A stretch of DNA of 64,000 nt from Acidobacteriota bacterium. GTDB taxonomy: Bacteria; Acidobacteriota; UBA6911; RPQK01; JAJDTT01. A program made the translations under genes and the position numbers. The notes beneath the pieces were generated by a model, which saw only the letters and a list, made by a program, of their open reading frames with translations, searched no databases and had not been told where the DNA came from. The stretch's first letter is position 1, and the number at the start of each line of letters is the position of its first letter. Shown here piece after piece: positions 60,879 through 64,000 of the stretch. Location: assembly GCA_965217775.1 (NCBI GenBank), contig CBDCJH010000002.1:4928001-4992000 (forward strand). Direction: 5' to 3'.

Positions 60879-60929
60879 CTGCCAAGCCGATTCACCGGAT
60901 GCAGCCTGTCTGATGTAAAAGAGGCTCGG

Positions 60930-61685
60930 CTAACGAAACAGGTCCCGCTCCGGAGGCCGCACCAGGTTCGACCCGGCGCCAAGACCTTCTTCCAGCCGCA
61001 CACCCCGGACCAAGGCCACCGGCACCCGGCGCCGCTTTCCCATCACCAGTTCCGCCGCGGAGGCGATTTCGTCGGCACGCGCGATGCAGGTGGACTGAAG
61101 CGTTCGGCCGAACCCGTCCTTGCTTCCCCGATAGTCCGACAGCGGCATTCCTCCGGCCACGCCGATGGCCACGTTCACCTGCCCCTCGCGCCAGGGGCGG
61201 CCGAAAGTATCGGCGATGATCACTGCCAGGTCCACCCCCATCGTCTCAGTCAGACACGCCCTGATGCCGGCCGCGGAGCGGTCCGGGTGCTCCGGAAGCA
61301 AGGTGGCCATCCCCTCCGGACTGTTGGAGAGATCGACGCCGGCATTGGCGCACACGAACCCGTGCCTGGTTTCAGCCAGCAGCACGCCGCGATCCATTCT
61401 CACGATCCTCCGGCTCTCGGAGAGGGCCAATTCGACCACCCTGGGATCCCGGCCCCATTCACGCGCCCAGGAGTTGGCCAGCGGCGACGGGGTGACCGTC
61501 GCCAGAGGAACAGTCCGCCCCTCCGCCTTGGAAACGATCTTGTGGGCCAGCACCAGAATATCCCCTCGGCGGACCTGGACAGGGATCCTCCTCAGCGCCT
61601 CCAGCAGCAGCGGGCCCAGAGCGTCCCCCGGTTTCACTTCGGGGAGTCCCGGGATGCCCAGGATGTGAACGCCGGTGTCACTCAT
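60930..61685 (-). CDS. cofE: F420-0:gamma-glutamyl ligase (single domain)
   Basis: PEV.PGD, KIVSKAEG, ANAGVD.SN, LLP..PD.SA, DTFGRPWR.G, DEIA.AAELV.GK, DLFR. Confidence 0.95.
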   Translation of the reverse strand: MSDTGVHILGIPGLPEVKPGDALGPLLLEALRRIPVQVRRGDILVLAHKIVSKAEGRTVPLATVTPSPLANSWAREWGRDPRVVELALSESRRIVRMDRGVLLAETRHGFVCANAGVDLSNSPEGMATLLPEHPDRSAAGIRACLTETMGVDLAVIIADTFGRPWREGQVNVAIGVAGGMPLSDYRGSKDGFGRTLQSTCIARADEIASAAELVMGKRRRVPVALVRGVRLEEGLGAGSNLVRPPERDLFR

Positions 61686-62352
61686 GAAGGTTCCTCACCT
61701 TTTCTGCCAGACGGCTGACGAGGCCACTCTCGGCGAGATAGTCCCTGGTCGCCGCCCCTCCCTCTCTCTGCCAGAACCGAACCAGGTCTTCGGGTCCATC
61801 CAGATCCAGACCGAACCGCGGGTTCGACAGCACGGTGGCAGGCACCCGTGCACGGCGGGCCTCTGCCAGATGCCGGCGCAGGCTGTCCCGGCCGAAACGG
61901 GACGGAAAGGCATCCGGCGGCATTCTCAACAGGGCATTGGTGCCCCGGCCGTCTCGCGAGGGGACCAGAAGAGCCGCCGGGGAAGCCAGCGGGTGGCCCA
62001 GCAGAGCGTCCACATCCCGCCCCTGGATGAGCGGGACGTCCAACGGCACCCGGAGAACACACGTCGCTCCTTGTTGGCGAAGTGCGGCGGCGCTCTCATC
62101 CACGGAGCGGCTCTCGGAGGATTGGCGCCGCTCCCGAATGAATCCCCATCGCCGGCGCGCGGCGTAGGCCGCAAGCTCCGGGTCCCGGCCTGCCACGACC
62201 ACCTTGTCCGGTGTTCCAGCGCCGGCCAGCGCCCTGCCCACATCCTCCAACATGGCCCAGACCAGCCCAATCCTTTCCCGGCGGGACAGCCACGGAGCCA
62301 TTCGCCGCTTGGCTTGGACGAGCTCCTTGACTGGTATCAGGACGACTTTCAC
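61678..62352 (-). CDS. cofC: Phospholactate/PEP guanylyltransferase
   Basis: IPVK....AK.R, GTNAL, FG..S..RH, LDLD..EDL. Confidence 0.9.
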   Translation of the reverse strand: MKVVLIPVKELVQAKRRMAPWLSRRERIGLVWAMLEDVGRALAGAGTPDKVVVAGRDPELAAYAARRRWGFIRERRQSSESRSVDESAAALRQQGATCVLRVPLDVPLIQGRDVDALLGHPLASPAALLVPSRDGRGTNALLRMPPDAFPSRFGRDSLRRHLAEARRARVPATVLSNPRFGLDLDGPEDLVRFWQREGGAATRDYLAESGLVSRLAEKVRNLHE

Positions 62353-63329
62353 GCCAACCGCAGCAGGGCGCGAGCCAGCGCCCGTTTCGCACCGGAGGTA
62401 TCCATGACGGTATTCCGAACCACGACCCGGACGCCCAGGCGCTCGATGGACGCAGCGCTGCCCGCATCGCGCTCATCCAATACGAAAACGTCCATGACAC
62501 CCCGATAGATCCGGGCAACGCCTTCGGCCGAGACCGGATGCCCCAGCTCCCTGAGCATTTTTGCCGCCGGCCCCTTGAGGGCGCGCCCGCCCACGATCGG
62601 ACTCACCGCTACCACCAGGCCCCGGCTTTCCATCACCGCCCGCCTGATCCCCGGGACCGCCAGAATGGGACCCACGCTGATAAAGGGGTTGCTGGGACAG
62701 ATGACGATGATCCGGGCATTTCGAATGACCTTCTCCACACCCGGCGCCGCACGCTGACAACTCAAACCAGTGTATTCGAAACCGTGAACCCGGGGTGCGC
62801 ACTTCTCCCTGACCAGATACTCCTGAAGATGAAGACGGCCGGCATCGGTCTCCACCAGAGTCGGATTGTAGCCTTCGGCCATAGGCAAAACTGAAGGCTC
62901 TATCCCGAACCCCTTGCAGATATGGGCGGTTACGGCGGCCAGGCCCCACCCCCGGTTCAGCCGGGACGTCCGCCACAGATGGGTTGCCAGATCCTGGTCT
63001 CCCAAGCCGAACCAGGTGTCAGCGCCCAAGCGTCCGAGGGCCTCCAGACAGCGGAATGTGTCGCCCTCGATGCCCCAGCCCCAAGTCCGGTTGGACAATC
63101 CCGCCAGGGTATAGGTGATGGTGTCGAGATCCGGACAGATCCGGAGCCCGAAGGCTTCCAGGTCATCCCCGGTGTTGACCACCACGGACAGGCGGCTCCC
63201 AAGCCCCTCCTGCGCCAAGCCCCAGACCAGTTTCGCGGCGCCGACGCCTCCGGCCAACGCCACCACGCGAGCGTCGTGCGATCCGCAGAGGCCGTCACCG
63301 ATCCCGACCGGACGAGGGGCTGCCGCCAC
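62349..63329 (-). CDS. cofD: LPPG:FO 2-phospho-L-lactate transferase
   Basis: LAGGVGAAK, NTGDD, PDLDT, WF.LGD.D.ATH, PSNP.IS..PIL, VSPIVGG...KGPA. Confidence 0.95.
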   Translation of the reverse strand: MAAAPRPVGIGDGLCGSHDARVVALAGGVGAAKLVWGLAQEGLGSRLSVVVNTGDDLEAFGLRICPDLDTITYTLAGLSNRTWGWGIEGDTFRCLEALGRLGADTWFGLGDQDLATHLWRTSRLNRGWGLAAVTAHICKGFGIEPSVLPMAEGYNPTLVETDAGRLHLQEYLVREKCAPRVHGFEYTGLSCQRAAPGVEKVIRNARIIVICPSNPFISVGPILAVPGIRRAVMESRGLVVAVSPIVGGRALKGPAAKMLRELGHPVSAEGVARIYRGVMDVFVLDERDAGSAASIERLGVRVVVRNTVMDTSGAKRALARALLRLA

Positions 63330-63335
63330 GAGTCG

Positions 63336-63995
63336 TCAAAGCCCCACGACACGAAAACGCGATTCGTGAACCCGGTATCGGCGATTGATGCCGATCAGAA
63401 GGGCACTCATTCGCTCCAGCGTCCGGGCCGCGTCGAGCCGGCCTGCGTCCACCGTGCGGACTCCCGGCCAGCGGTTCAGCACTTGCGCCACCTCACCTTT
63501 CCGGCGCGCCGAATTGCCACACACGAAGACATCACAGTCGAGAGGAGCGGCCACCTCCCCCAGAAGGCGGGCCGGAACCGTCTTCAGGGCCGACACCAAG
63601 GCGCTCGGATCAGGAAGGCCCGCAGCCAACTGCTCACTGCCGGAACCGGCCTCCAGGGGAACCATCTTTATCCGGCCGGCTTCGAACGCCACCGGCACCG
63701 TGACATCGACCCAGGTGGTCTCAGGCGCAACGTGCGGCGCACAACCGGACACCAGATCGGCGGCCCCGGCGAAAGGCGCCGCCAGAAAGAGGACCCCGGA
63801 CCGGGTCGCCGCCTCCAGGTTCAGCGCCCCCCGGATACGGGCGTCACCCCCCAGAAGACAATTCAACTCTGACGCCGTCCCGGCCGCCCGGGTCCGGCTA
63901 CGAGATCCCACAATGACCTCGAATCCCGCCTTGGCCAAACGCAGCACGATGCCCCGGCCCTCTTGACCGGTGCCGCCGAGCACACCCAGCTTCAC
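63336..63995 (-). CDS. npdG: F420-dependent NADP oxidoreductase
   Basis: GGTG.EG.G, IVGSR...RA, GSGSE, D.G.L..AR.LE, LI.IN.RY. Start lies near the window edge. Confidence 0.88.
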   Translation of the reverse strand: MKLGVLGGTGQEGRGIVLRLAKAGFEVIVGSRSRTRAAGTASELNCLLGGDARIRGALNLEAATRSGVLFLAAPFAGAADLVSGCAPHVAPETTWVDVTVPVAFEAGRIKMVPLEAGSGSEQLAAGLPDPSALVSALKTVPARLLGEVAAPLDCDVFVCGNSARRKGEVAQVLNRWPGVRTVDAGRLDAARTLERMSALLIGINRRYRVHESRFRVVGL

Positions 63996-64000
63996 AATCC

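Noticed and set aside
58132-64000. F420 cluster as a genomic island integrated at selC
   Set aside because: The cluster lies on the 5' side of the tRNA; no integrase, no duplicated tRNA 3' end and no obvious compositional shift are visible.

Overview
GC-rich bacterial chromosomal window, most likely Acidobacteriota. This is an inference from an acidobacterial-type VWA protein, a short protein I recognise from Acidobacteria, and the DUF1844-MBL-ribF linkage. Most of it is housekeeping: gltX-GT2-pdxJ-rsmI, an arginine operon, gatAC/ribF, mreBCD-mrdA-rodA-rne-mazG, a SurA/PpiD-like chaperone, glmS, a complete Rrf2-sufBCDSUT operon, moaC/moeA, a split methylmalonyl-CoA mutase, and the origin-type block (mnmG-rsmG-parS-parAB facing rpmH-rnpA-yidD-yidC-jag-mnmE, without dnaA). 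It also holds tRNA-Leu(UAA), tRNA-Sec, pheA and a coenzyme F420 cluster (cofGH, cofE, cofC, cofD, npdG). The leading candidate for an undescribed system is a DUF1611/DgcN-like P-loop protein heading an ARG-box-preceded argC-argD-argB operon where argA/argJ would be expected, suggesting a new type of N-acetylglutamate synthase. Other notable signals: (1) F420 biosynthesis in this lineage; (2) a dehydrogenase gene inserted between diverged 81-bp duplicates of the mazG/DUF1844 junction, with coupling mini-ORFs; (3) three MITE-like families plus a GTAG-REP pair that repeatedly overlap stop codons. Family assignments come from motif recognition, not database searches.
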